This document shows positions 1 through 9,435 of a stretch of 64,000 nt of DNA, piece by piece; positions within the stretch are counted from its first letter, which is position 1, and the number at the start of each line of letters is the position of its first letter. The notes under the pieces were generated by a model. It had not been told where the DNA came from. It worked only from the letters and a program-made list of their open reading frames with translations, and did not search any database. The stretch comes from an uncultured Bacilli bacterium (lineage in GTDB: Bacteria > Bacillota_I > Bacilli_A > RF39 > UBA660), in assembly GCA_947626095.1 (NCBI GenBank), contig CANQQV010000003.1, positions 1 through 64,000 on the forward strand, read 5' to 3'. The translations under genes and the position numbers were made by a program.

Positions 1-76
1 GATGACTTACATCACCCTTAACAAAGCAATTCATTTATCAAATTTATTGTTTACCAACACTATTTGACAAAGAACC
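1..76 (+). mobile_element. Right end (terminal inverted repeat) of an ISL3-family insertion sequence running off the left edge
   Basis: 53-76 accaacactatttgacaaagaacc reads GGTTCTTTGTCAAATAGTGTTGGT on the minus strand. This resembles ISL3/IS1167-type ends (GGCTCTTTGTCAA...) and encodes PTLFDKEP, typical of ISL3 right ends. No transposase lies inside the window. Confidence 0.65.
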
Positions 77-83
77 TGTCATT

Positions 84-1133
84 TTATTTTTCTTTATTGA
101 TATCATTCGTAATAAACATTGCATCTCCAAAACTAAAGAAACGATATTTATTTTGAATAGCTATCTTATAAGCATTAAGTATATAATCTCTACTAGCTAA
201 AGCCGATACTAACATAACTAAAGTACTTTTAGGTAGATGAAAATTAGTTATTAAACAATCAATTGCTTTAAACTCATACCCCGGATAAATAAAGATATCT
301 GTATTACCAGAAGTTGCGATAAACTTTCCATTATTATTAGTAGCTATTGTTTCTAATGTTCTTGTACTAGTCGTTCCAACGGCAATTATTCTTCTACTCT
401 CTTCTTTAGCTTTATTTAAAATATCTGCTGTTTCCTTACTCATGACATAATATTCACTATGCATATGATGTTCTAAAATATTATCAACTTGTACTGGTCT
501 AAAAGTTCCTAAACCAACATGCAAAGTAACATAAGTAACTATAATCCCTTTATCTTCTATTTGTTTAAGTAATTCTTTCGTAAAATGAAGTCCTGCCGTT
601 GGTGCTGCAGCACTACCTGTTACTTTGGCATAAACTGTTTGATATCTATTTTGATCTTTTAACTCTTTATGAATATAAGGTGGAAGTGGCATTGTTCCTA
701 ACTGATCTAATATTTCCATTAGTATACCTTTATATAACAATTTAACATGAGTTAGTCCTTCACTAAACTTTTCTACTACTTCACCTTTTAACAAACCATC
801 ACCAAAAGAAATAATAGTTCCCACTTTTAATCTTTTAGCTGGTTTTGATAAACATTCCCAAACATCATTACCTAAATCTTTTAATAATAATAGTTCTATA
901 CTAGCTTTCGTTTCTTCTTTAACACCTATAAGTCTTGCTGGTATTACCTTCGTATCATTTAAAACTAAAACATCACCTTTATGTAAATAATCAATTATAT
1001 TACTAAAATGTTCATGTATAACTTCTCCATTATTTTTATTTAAAATTAATAACTTTGAACTATCTCTTTTTTCTAATGGTGTCTGGGCGATTAACTCTTC
1101 TGGTAATTCATAATCAAATTCATTAATATTCAT
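84..1133 (-). CDS. queA: S-adenosylmethionine:tRNA ribosyltransferase-isomerase
   Basis: [41 protein letters not shown] and [10 protein letters not shown] motifs. Start set at MNINEF. Confidence 0.97.
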   Translation of the reverse strand: MNINEFDYELPEELIAQTPLEKRDSSKLLILNKNNGEVIHEHFSNIIDYLHKGDVLVLNDTKVIPARLIGVKEETKASIELLLLKDLGNDVWECLSKPAKRLKVGTIISFGDGLLKGEVVEKFSEGLTHVKLLYKGILMEILDQLGTMPLPPYIHKELKDQNRYQTVYAKVTGSAAAPTAGLHFTKELLKQIEDKGIIVTYVTLHVGLGTFRPVQVDNILEHHMHSEYYVMSKETADILNKAKEESRRIIAVGTTSTRTLETIATNNNGKFIATSGNTDIFIYPGYEFKAIDCLITNFHLPKSTLVMLVSALASRDYILNAYKIAIQNKYRFFSFGDAMFITNDINKEK

Positions 1134-1206
1134 AATCTCACTTCCAAACATAAACCATTATACTCAATAACTTAAATAAAATAAAGAATAACTTTACGTT
1201 ATTCCT

Positions 1207-2103
1207 TTATTTTATCTTATTAAATACATTAGTAAATAAACTTAATACTAATATTACCACATAAACACCAATACCTAAATGTAAAACATTAACAAATATA
1301 GCACATAAGATACCTAACAATAAAGCATATATAATACGTCCCATTCTAACAACTGGTGTTGCTGTACTAATTGTACTTACAAATATTAAATTAAATAATA
1401 AACCACTTTCACAAGCATTTATAAATATTTCATTAAATGCATTACCCATTACTAAAGCAATAATTACACTAACAATCGCATAACTCAGTAAAGCTATTAT
1501 TGGTATTTCTTTCTTATAATAAGAATTAAATAGTAAAACAACAAACCCAACTAAAGCAAATATTGAACTAGTAGTTCCTATTCCTCCTGGGAATCCTCCT
1601 AACAACATATTCATAATACCCGTACTATATTCTATAGTTACCTCATAATTATTAGCTGTACTTGTAATTCCCATCGCCATTAATATTAAATACATTAAAC
1701 ACTTAAATAAAGCCACTTGATTAATACTAAATTTATTATCTATAAACTTTAATATAATATCTAAAACAATGATAAGTGGTATAGTAAGCCATAAATAATC
1801 TAATGGTCCACATACTAAATAACATAAAGCATTTATATATGGTACTAGCGAATTAACAACATTATGATAGTCATCATCTTTCTTAATTCCTATATAATAA
1901 TATATTTCAAAAACATAACTTAATACAATAATAACTATTGGTATAACTAAATATTGTAAAGATAAGAATAATGAAATATACCCATGAGTATATGGAACTA
2001 TTCCATTTTTATAAAAACTATAAATAATAATTGGTACAATACTTAATATATAAAGAATATCAATTCCTAAAACTTTATTTTTCTTTAATAAACCCTTTTT
2101 CAT
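1207..2103 (-). CDS. RnfD/NqrB-family membrane protein (divergent)
   Basis: Multi-pass membrane protein with GGFPGGIGTTS (cf. RnfD GxxxGSIGETS) and TPVVRMGRIIYALLLG (cf. TSPxTxxGRxIYG). Lies directly downstream of an RnfC-like gene. Confidence 0.7.
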   Translation of the reverse strand: MKKGLLKKNKVLGIDILYILSIVPIIIYSFYKNGIVPYTHGYISLFLSLQYLVIPIVIIVLSYVFEIYYYIGIKKDDDYHNVVNSLVPYINALCYLVCGPLDYLWLTIPLIIVLDIILKFIDNKFSINQVALFKCLMYLILMAMGITSTANNYEVTIEYSTGIMNMLLGGFPGGIGTTSSIFALVGFVVLLFNSYYKKEIPIIALLSYAIVSVIIALVMGNAFNEIFINACESGLLFNLIFVSTISTATPVVRMGRIIYALLLGILCAIFVNVLHLGIGVYVVILVLSLFTNVFNKIK

Positions 2104-2105
2104 TC

Positions 2106-3230
2106 TTATTTCCCCTTATTAAGTAAATTTATATTAGCTGGACATACATTATTACATAAGCCACATCTAATACATGCTGGATCTAACTTCTTATCTAAAG
2201 GATTAATATTAACGGGACATATCTCCACACATTTACCACATTTAATACATTTAGATGCCTTAACATCATCATGCTCTAAAATAAATATTGTCTTAACATT
2301 ATCATTAACTATTAAAGCTTTAACATCATCACACTTAACCCCACGCATATAGTTATTTAAATATATATCACGATTAGTTAAATCAATATTAACTGCTTCA
2401 CTTAATATACTAGCTAAACTAGTTCCATAACGACATTTAACTACTGATATATTATCAGTTCCATTTAAACATACTGTAACATATCTTTCACTAACTGGAA
2501 GTCCATCCTTTAAAGCCGTATATAACTTATTTAAAGCAAATGTATCAAAGAATAATAATTCATTATATTTATACTCTTTAAAATATTTTTTTGCTATACA
2601 AGGATTAGTTGTAAAAGGAAATACATCATCAACTGTTTTAAAAATAATATTCGGATACTTTGAAATAACTTTTCTAACTTCCTCTATATTATTTTCATCA
2701 TATTTATTAAGAATTAAATAAGCATTTAAATTAAATAAATTTGATATAACCTCTGTTACTTCTAAAATACATTCTAAACGATCTTCTAACATATAATTAT
2801 TATTAAATTGATAAGGTTCAATATCCATTCCATTAACAATAATTACTTTATTCTTATTTTGTAATTTTTCAACTAATAACTTATTTTCATATTCAATACC
2901 TAATTCTTGGCATATATTAATAACTTCTTCTTTTTTTAATTTACTTATATCATCAACCGTATCTTCTGATACAATTGTTGAATCACTATTATCATTACTA
3001 ATTCTAATGATTCCTTTTTTAACTGAAGCCGTACCAGATACTGTTGCATAAGTTTTTATTCCATTTTTACTTTCTTTAAGTAATTGATTAATATAAACTT
3101 CTTCACCATCACTTACATAGACTTCATCATCAGCTTTAGGATAAACTATAATCTCTTTAGGATTTACATATTCTACCTTTTTTATATCAAGTTTTTGTTC
3201 ATCATTCTTAAATCGATAAGTAAGTTTCAC
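2106..3230 (-). CDS. RnfC-like electron transport protein (divergent), two 4Fe-4S clusters
   Basis: YATVSGT, IIVNGMDIEPY (cf. LIINGAECEPY) and C-terminal CIKCGKCVEICP / CIRCGLCNNVCP. GTG start follows SD AGGTGG. Confidence 0.75.
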   Translation of the reverse strand: MKLTYRFKNDEQKLDIKKVEYVNPKEIIVYPKADDEVYVSDGEEVYINQLLKESKNGIKTYATVSGTASVKKGIIRISNDNSDSTIVSEDTVDDISKLKKEEVINICQELGIEYENKLLVEKLQNKNKVIIVNGMDIEPYQFNNNYMLEDRLECILEVTEVISNLFNLNAYLILNKYDENNIEEVRKVISKYPNIIFKTVDDVFPFTTNPCIAKKYFKEYKYNELLFFDTFALNKLYTALKDGLPVSERYVTVCLNGTDNISVVKCRYGTSLASILSEAVNIDLTNRDIYLNNYMRGVKCDDVKALIVNDNVKTIFILEHDDVKASKCIKCGKCVEICPVNINPLDKKLDPACIRCGLCNNVCPANINLLNKGK

Positions 3231-3239
3231 ACTAACCAC

Positions 3240-5015
3240 CTATTCTTTCTCTTTGTCTTTTTCAAGTAAATAAGTTCTAAGCTCTACTGCAACATTTTCT
3301 GGTAATATTTCTTTTAATTCATCAAGACTAGCTGCTTTTATTTTCGCTAAACTACCAAACTTCTTAATTAGAGCTTTCTTTCTAGATGGACCAACCCCCT
3401 CGATATCATCTAAAACACTACTAATACTACCTTTACTTCTAAGCGTTCTATGATAAGTAATAGTAAATCTATGTACTTCATCTTGCATTCTTGTTAAGTA
3501 GTGAAATACATTACTCATTCTATCTATATTATACACACTAAAATCAGAAGAAATCAAGTCATTAGTACGATGCTTATCGTTCTTTTTCAAACCAACCACT
3601 TTAATCTTCAAATGTAATAAATCTAATATCTCTTTAGCAGCCCTTATTTGGTTTTCGCCACCATCGACAATTATTAAGTCTGGTAATGATGTTTTTTCTA
3701 CTAAAGCTCTTTGATATCGACGATAAAGTATTTCTTTCATTGTATTGTAATCATCATTGACATCAACAGATACTTTATATTTACGATATTCATTCTTAGC
3801 TGGTTTACCATCAATAAAAACAACCATTCCTGATACAGCAAAACTACCAAATAAATTTGAATTATCAAAAACATCGATTCTTCTTATTTCATCCATACCT
3901 AGTATTTCCGCTAACTCTTCATTAGCTTTTAACGTTCTTGATTCATCCTTTTGAATTTCTTCAAACTTATTATTTAAATTCATCTTCGCATTATCATAAG
4001 CCATCTTAATTAGATCTTTTTTAACTCCCTTTTGCGGTGCCAAGATATTAGTTTCCACAACACTTCTAATATTATCGATATTTAAAGTTTCAGGAATTAA
4101 TATTTCTTTAGGTATTTCATTACGCGTATAAAACTGGGCAATAAAGTATTCTACATCATCTTCTATATCAATATTAATTGGTAATATCGTATTCTTATGA
4201 TTTAATAACTTTCCATTACGAATAAATAATATTTCAATTGATAAATAACCATTATCGACATAATAAGCAATAACATCCCTATTAACAAAATCATGTAATT
4301 CAACCTTTTGCTTATCTAAAACAATATCTATATATTCTAATTCTTTCTTTAAATCTAAAGCCATTTCAAAATTAAGATTATCACTATATACTTTAATCTT
4401 ATCCATTATCTTATTTCTTAGTATTTCATCATTACCCTTTAAAAAAGATAATATTTCATTTTCCATCTCTCTTACTTTATCTTGATCAATACTTTTACTA
4501 CAATAACCTAGACATTCCCCAATATGATAATAAAGACATAAATCTTTCTTATTACCTTCACATTTCTTTAAAGGATATAACCTATTAAGTAAATTAACAA
4601 TTCTTCTTGCCGCATACGCATTAGGATAAGGCCCAAATAACTTTTTATTATCCTTTTTCTTAATATTTAAATATCTAGATACCTTAAGCCTTGGATAAGG
4701 ACTACTAATATATTCAATATATGGATAACTCTTATCATCCGTAAGCATTATATTATACTTAGGATTAAATTCTTTAATTAAATTAATTTCAATAATAAAA
4801 GCTTCTAACTCGGAACTAGCTACTAAATAAGTAAAATCATCAATCAAACTAACCATTTTCGCTGTCTTACCAGTATGTACTCTATTAAAGTAAGAAGATA
4901 ATCTCTTATGTAAATCTTTAGCTTTACCAACATAAATTATCGTCCCATTCTTATCTTTCATCTGATAAGAACCAGGTTTATGAGGTACCAAAGCTAATTT
5001 CTCTTTAAATCTCAT
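3240..5015 (-). CDS. uvrC: Excinuclease ABC subunit C
   Basis: GIY-YIG N-terminus (IIYVGKAKDLHKRLSSYF), FDNSN, LPDLIIVDGG, DEVHRFTITYHR and C-terminal HhH. Confidence 0.97.
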   Translation of the reverse strand: MRFKEKLALVPHKPGSYQMKDKNGTIIYVGKAKDLHKRLSSYFNRVHTGKTAKMVSLIDDFTYLVASSELEAFIIEINLIKEFNPKYNIMLTDDKSYPYIEYISSPYPRLKVSRYLNIKKKDNKKLFGPYPNAYAARRIVNLLNRLYPLKKCEGNKKDLCLYYHIGECLGYCSKSIDQDKVREMENEILSFLKGNDEILRNKIMDKIKVYSDNLNFEMALDLKKELEYIDIVLDKQKVELHDFVNRDVIAYYVDNGYLSIEILFIRNGKLLNHKNTILPINIDIEDDVEYFIAQFYTRNEIPKEILIPETLNIDNIRSVVETNILAPQKGVKKDLIKMAYDNAKMNLNNKFEEIQKDESRTLKANEELAEILGMDEIRRIDVFDNSNLFGSFAVSGMVVFIDGKPAKNEYRKYKVSVDVNDDYNTMKEILYRRYQRALVEKTSLPDLIIVDGGENQIRAAKEILDLLHLKIKVVGLKKNDKHRTNDLISSDFSVYNIDRMSNVFHYLTRMQDEVHRFTITYHRTLRSKGSISSVLDDIEGVGPSRKKALIKKFGSLAKIKAASLDELKEILPENVAVELRTYLLEKDKEKE

Positions 5016-5478
5016 TTTGGCCCTCCATACTTTCTAAATAATTATATAATCCCACGCATCCCTCATATATAAGATCATAAGCCGTATCAAAATCACCTGT
5101 ATACCAAGGATCATCTATTGTTCTTAAATTATTAGTATATTCTAAAAGTAAATGAATCTTATTACTATTATCTTCCCCAAATATTCTCAGTAAATCTCTT
5201 CTATTACGTTCTTCCATCACGATAATTAAATCATACTTTTCATAATCATCTTTTTTTATTTGAGTAGCTACATGTTTTTCAATCGTAATTCCCTTTTCCT
5301 CTAACTTTCTTAAAGCTGGTGGATATATCGAATTACCTAACTCTTCCATACTAGTTGCTCGAGAAACACAACTATATTTATACCTTTTATTATTTTTATA
5401 TATTAAATCTTTAAAAATCATTTCGGCCATTGGACTACGACAAATATTACCATAACAAACAAAAACAATATTAAACAT
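5005..5478 (-). CDS. Low-molecular-weight protein tyrosine phosphatase
   Basis: FVCYGNICRSPMAE P-loop and DDPWY. ATG follows SD GGAGG. Confidence 0.93.
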   Translation of the reverse strand: MFNIVFVCYGNICRSPMAEMIFKDLIYKNNKRYKYSCVSRATSMEELGNSIYPPALRKLEEKGITIEKHVATQIKKDDYEKYDLIIVMEERNRRDLLRIFGEDNSNKIHLLLEYTNNLRTIDDPWYTGDFDTAYDLIYEGCVGLYNYLESMEGQNEI

Positions 5479-5520
5479 ATCTATCGCCTCCAATTACTAA
5501 CATTATACCCTATTTTAGTT

Positions 5521-5553
5521 AAAAAAATAAGGTGTGAAATATATCACACCTTA
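5521..5553 (-). terminator. Intrinsic terminator after rubrerythrin
   Basis: 10-bp stem taaggtgtga/tcacacctta followed by a U-tract on the minus strand. Confidence 0.8.
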
Positions 5554-5567
5554 ATAACATCTCTATC

Positions 5568-6107
5568 TTAATAATTTTCTGCTTTTAATTCAAAATAACT
5601 TTGTGGATGAGCACATACTGGACATACGGCTGGAGCTTGTTTACCAACAACAATATGACCACAATTACGACATACCCAAATAGCATCTTCATCTTTAGAG
5701 AATACTACTTTATCTTCAACATTCTTAAGTAGTTTACGATATCTTTCTTCATGGGCTTTTTCAATTGCTGCTACTGCTCTAAATTTAGCAGCTATTGCTT
5801 TAAAGCCTTCTTCTTCAGCTACTTTAGCAAAATTATCATACATATCTGTCCATTCATAATTTTCACCTTCAGCTGCTGCAAGTAAGTTTTCTTCAGTAGA
5901 TGGAATATCTCCACCATTTAATTCTTTAAACCACATTTTAGCATGTTCTTTTTCATTATTTGCTGTTTCCTCAAAGATAGCTGCAATTTGTTCATAACCA
6001 TCTTTTTTAGCTTTAGAAGCAAAATAAGTATATTTATTTCTTGCTTGTGATTCTCCAGCAAAAGCAGTCATTAAATTTTGTTCAGTTTTAGATCCTTTTA
6101 ATTCCAT
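5568..6107 (-). CDS. rbr: Rubrerythrin
   Basis: [25 protein letters not shown] and C-terminal CRNCG...CPVC rubredoxin-like domain. Confidence 0.95.
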   Translation of the reverse strand: MELKGSKTEQNLMTAFAGESQARNKYTYFASKAKKDGYEQIAAIFEETANNEKEHAKMWFKELNGGDIPSTEENLLAAAEGENYEWTDMYDNFAKVAEEEGFKAIAAKFRAVAAIEKAHEERYRKLLKNVEDKVVFSKDEDAIWVCRNCGHIVVGKQAPAVCPVCAHPQSYFELKAENY

Positions 6108-6120
6108 ATAAATCCTCTTT

Positions 6121-6135
6121 CTATAATAATTATGA
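6121..6135. promoter_or_regulatory. PerR/Fur-family operator upstream of rbr
   Basis: ctataataattatga matches the Per box TTATAATNATTATAA at 13/15. It lies between the promoter (TTGACT-16-TATAAT with TG extension) and the rbr SD. Confidence 0.65.
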
Positions 6136-6191
6136 TATTACATCATTACTTGTTATTATATCATTTTTAAGGTTAAAGTCAACGGACGAAC

Positions 6192-6515
6192 CTACTTCTT
6201 TTTTACTATTTTAACTGCTGTTCCATAAGCTATTATTTCCGCTGCTGAAGCCATTACTTGTGATGATCCATATCTTACTCCTACTATGGCATCAGCTCCT
6301 AAACTATTAGCATCGTCAACCATTCTTTTCGTTGCAATCTGTCTAGCTTCTTTAATCATTTCCGTATAACCAGCTATTTCGCCACCAACAATCGTCTTCA
6401 TTCCCGCCATAAAATCACGTCCAATATTTTTTGATTGCACTACTTGACCTTTAACTATTCCTAACGATTCAACTATTTCATAACCAGGTACATAATCAAT
6501 ACTTACTAGCTTCAT
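6192..6515 (-). CDS. YbjQ/UPF0145 family protein
   Basis: DFMAGMKTIVGGEIAGYT, GADAIVGVR and AYGTAVK. ATG follows SD GGAGGTG and overlaps the merR end. Confidence 0.9.
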   Translation of the reverse strand: MKLVSIDYVPGYEIVESLGIVKGQVVQSKNIGRDFMAGMKTIVGGEIAGYTEMIKEARQIATKRMVDDANSLGADAIVGVRYGSSQVMASAAEIIAYGTAVKIVKKK

Positions 6516-7131
6516 CTTCTTCACCTCCATTTATTTCTTCTATTCTCTTAACTAAATTAACGATAATTGCTATAACTGGTATTATGAATATTAAAGCAAA
6601 CAAATAAGAAATCTTTGTTGAATATTCTCTATATCCCATCACAATAAAAATAATCGCGGGAATTAAAAACAATAAACCAAAGATCAAACTAGATAAAACC
6701 GCCCCAAAAATTTTTTTCTTTTTATTTGATTTTATTTCTCGCATCGTAAACCCTTCTTTATTTAATATATTAATATTTTGAAAATACTTAGTTATATCAA
6801 TCTTTTCATATGTTTCATTAGCTTCAATAATTTCTAAACACATCTTCTTAACTTTTTGATAATTCTCTTCTTCATTTTCAATATTTTCAATCCTTTTCTT
6901 TAAGCACTCTTTTAAATCTAATTCCTGATTATTTAATTTTTTTAACTCACTAATCGGCACACCTAATTCTCTTAAAAACTTAATAACCTTTAATCGGTTA
7001 ATATCATCTTCACTATATAAACGATAATCATTATTATCATTTCTTTTTGGTCTAACTAAGCCTTCTTGTTCATAATACCTAATAGCTTTTTTTGATAATT
7101 TAACAATATTTTCTACTTCATTAATAAACAT
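6496..7131 (-). CDS. MerR-family regulator with two C-terminal transmembrane helices
   Basis: AIRYYEQEGLVRP...YRLYS HTH plus a hydrophobic C-terminal hairpin. Confidence 0.9.
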   Translation of the reverse strand: MFINEVENIVKLSKKAIRYYEQEGLVRPKRNDNNDYRLYSEDDINRLKVIKFLRELGVPISELKKLNNQELDLKECLKKRIENIENEEENYQKVKKMCLEIIEANETYEKIDITKYFQNINILNKEGFTMREIKSNKKKKIFGAVLSSLIFGLLFLIPAIIFIVMGYREYSTKISYLFALIFIIPVIAIIVNLVKRIEEINGGEEDEASKY

Positions 7132-7152
7132 ATAAACTCCTTTCTTATTTGT

Positions 7153-7183
7153 AATATAGACTATTACCTAAGGTTAAGGTCAA
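7153..7183 (-). promoter_or_regulatory. MerR-type promoter with 19-bp spacer and dyad
   Basis: Minus strand TTGACC-ttaaccttaggtaatagtc(19 nt)-TATATT. The spacer holds the dyad ACCT-T-AGGT. Confidence 0.75.
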
Positions 7184-7218
7184 GAACTTTTTAAAAAAAG
7201 AATCTTTTTTAAAGATTC

Positions 7219-7959
7219 TTAATTACGTGCTAAACCATCGACCTGTAATACAACCCCAGTTATATAACTAGCCATATCACTAGCTAAGAATAAAAAGGCA
7301 TTAGCAATATCTTCTGGTTTACCAATTCTTCCTAATGGAATTGTTTTAATTAATGGTTCAATCATTTCTTGTGGTAAATTCTTAACCATATCTGTTTCTG
7401 TTATACCAGGAGCTACAGCATTAACTCTTACTCCGAATGGTGCTAATTCACGTGCTAATGACTTAGTCATCCCATTAACCGCATACTTAGTAGCAGGATA
7501 CATTACGCCAGATGGTTGACCATACATGCTTACCATTGAACTAGTATTTAAAATTGTCCCTTTACTTTCTTTCAAATAAGGTGTAACAACCTTCGAGCAA
7601 ACAAATACAGCCTTTAAATTTAAATCAGTTATTTTATCATATTCTTCCATAGTAAATTTATCTAAAGGTGTGCTAGATGATAAACCAGCATTATTAACTA
7701 ATATATCAATACGTCCATAAGTATCATTAACTTTCTTAAATGTTTCACTTACTTCTTCTTCACTTGTTAAATTAGGATAATAACCACTTACTTCATAATT
7801 ACTATTTTCTTCTTTTAATGTATTTAAAGCTTTAGTAACACTTTCTTCTCTTGAGCCTAGTAATACTACCTTAGCTCCATTTTTTAAAAAGGTTCTAACT
7901 ATTTCAAAACCAATGCCTCTTGTTCCCCCTGTAACTATTGCAACTTTATTTTCTAACAT
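7219..7959 (-). CDS. SDR oxidoreductase, probable bile-acid 3alpha-hydroxysteroid dehydrogenase
   Basis: TGGTRGIG, NNAG and ILNTSSMVSMYGQPSGVMYPATK. The YPxxK catalytic motif is characteristic of BaiA/3alpha-HSDH-type SDRs rather than FabG (YxASK). Confidence 0.75.
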   Translation of the reverse strand: MLENKVAIVTGGTRGIGFEIVRTFLKNGAKVVLLGSREESVTKALNTLKEENSNYEVSGYYPNLTSEEEVSETFKKVNDTYGRIDILVNNAGLSSSTPLDKFTMEEYDKITDLNLKAVFVCSKVVTPYLKESKGTILNTSSMVSMYGQPSGVMYPATKYAVNGMTKSLARELAPFGVRVNAVAPGITETDMVKNLPQEMIEPLIKTIPLGRIGKPEDIANAFLFLASDMASYITGVVLQVDGLARN

Positions 7960-8052
7960 ATCAATTCCTCCATCTATAGTATACAATATTAATTCATAAG
8001 AAAGTATAATTTTTTTATTCTTACATAAACTTATTAACAGAAAGGACTTATT

Positions 8053-8508
8053 ATGTTAAAGATATTAAAAAGTATATATCATTTATTTTTACCCGTTATC
8101 TTAGGGAGTTTAGTCGGTTTATTAATATCAAGTAGTATTGATTATACAGAATTAATTAAACCACCATTCGCTCCACCAAAAATCTTCTTTCCTATCGCTT
8201 GGACAATCATATACTTATTAATGGGTATATCATGGTACATCTTAAATAAAAAGAATTTAGCTGATTTAGATGATACTTTAATTTATTACAGCCAACTATT
8301 TATTAATCTATTATGGAGTATTATTTTCTTTTTACTTAAATGGCGTTTTATTGCTGTTATATGGATTATCTTACTAGATATTATTGTCTACTACATGCTA
8401 TACATCTTTAGTAAGAAAAATAAAGTATCAGTCTATTTAAATATCTTCTACGCTTTATGGATTACTTTCGCTACTTATTTAACAATTGGCATATATATGT
8501 TAAACTAA
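8053..8508 (+). CDS. tspO: TspO/MBR-family tryptophan-rich sensory protein
   Basis: LIKPPFAPPKIFFPIAWTIIY, QLFINLLWSIIFF and YALWITFATYL. Confidence 0.92.
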   Translation: MLKILKSIYHLFLPVILGSLVGLLISSSIDYTELIKPPFAPPKIFFPIAWTIIYLLMGISWYILNKKNLADLDDTLIYYSQLFINLLWSIIFFLLKWRFIAVIWIILLDIIVYYMLYIFSKKNKVSVYLNIFYALWITFATYLTIGIYMLN

Positions 8509-9350
8509 ACAGAATTGCTTTGCATTGGCAATTTTTTTCTTATGATATTATCTTTTTCTAATTCTTTAAGACTTTTTTCTGGTGTTGGTAAATCTTCAGG
8601 CATCGTACCTCCTAGTCTTTTGATTGTATTACGAACTTCTTTACCTACTTCATAATGGGTTGTATTAGCATTACTTTCAGTTTTAATGTTTTCTCTTTTT
8701 AATTTTTGCTCAGTTTGAGAAATTCTAAATAAATTAGCAATAAGTTCTTCACTACCCATATTATCTAATATATCTTCTCGATATCTTAAACCTTTTCTTC
8801 TAGCAATATCGTCTGCTGTTTCACCATTATATAAGCCTTTATATCCAGAATTATGAAACTTATCAAAGTTTTTGACACCAGCATTTTTTGCTGCGTGATT
8901 TAATGAATAATTTCCCTTTTTAGTTAAATTCCTATTATAAAATCTCTTTTCATCTTCGGATAGAACACTATATTCAAGTTCTGATAGTTCTTGCTTTCTG
9001 GTTTGAACAGCAAAATAAGTTTGAGCTAAAGCAACTACTTCTTTTCTACTATCACCATTTTGAGCGATTAAATAACAAGCATATCTTGATAGCTTATAAT
9101 CATTAATTAATTTTGATGCTCCTTTTGGCATTTTTATCGTTTTGCCAACGTCGGCAAAATGATCATCAATGTTATTATTACTTAACATACAAGCACTTTT
9201 TGCTTTTTTTATGACACTTTCAAAATTGCTCCATTTTGAATATTTAAGTGCCATCATTAATTCCCTAGCACACCAATACTCATTTCCTTCCTTATCAATA
9301 TGTTTAATCTCTTCAAATGTTTTAGTTGTTTTCTTTAATTTATTCATCAA
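8505..9350 (-). CDS. dinD: DNA damage-inducible protein D
   Basis: Bro-N-like WCARELM, LSRYACYLIAQNGD, AQTYFAVQTRKQE and GGTMPEDLP. Confidence 0.92.
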   Translation of the reverse strand: MMNKLKKTTKTFEEIKHIDKEGNEYWCARELMMALKYSKWSNFESVIKKAKSACMLSNNNIDDHFADVGKTIKMPKGASKLINDYKLSRYACYLIAQNGDSRKEVVALAQTYFAVQTRKQELSELEYSVLSEDEKRFYNRNLTKKGNYSLNHAAKNAGVKNFDKFHNSGYKGLYNGETADDIARRKGLRYREDILDNMGSEELIANLFRISQTEQKLKRENIKTESNANTTHYEVGKEVRNTIKRLGGTMPEDLPTPEKSLKELEKDNIIRKKLPMQSNSV

Positions 9351-9396
9351 CCGTTCCTCCTTTTATTTTTTCTTTTTATATGGTTTATATTATATC

Positions 9397-9408
9397 AAAC
9401 ATTTGTTC
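9397..9408 (-). promoter_or_regulatory. LexA (Cheo) box in the dinD promoter spacer
   Basis: Minus strand TTGTAT-gaaGAACAAATGTTTga(17 nt)-TATAAT. GAAC-N4-GTTY fits the Firmicutes SOS box. Confidence 0.75.
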
Positions 9409-9435
9409 TTCATACAAGATAAAAAAAGTTCATTT

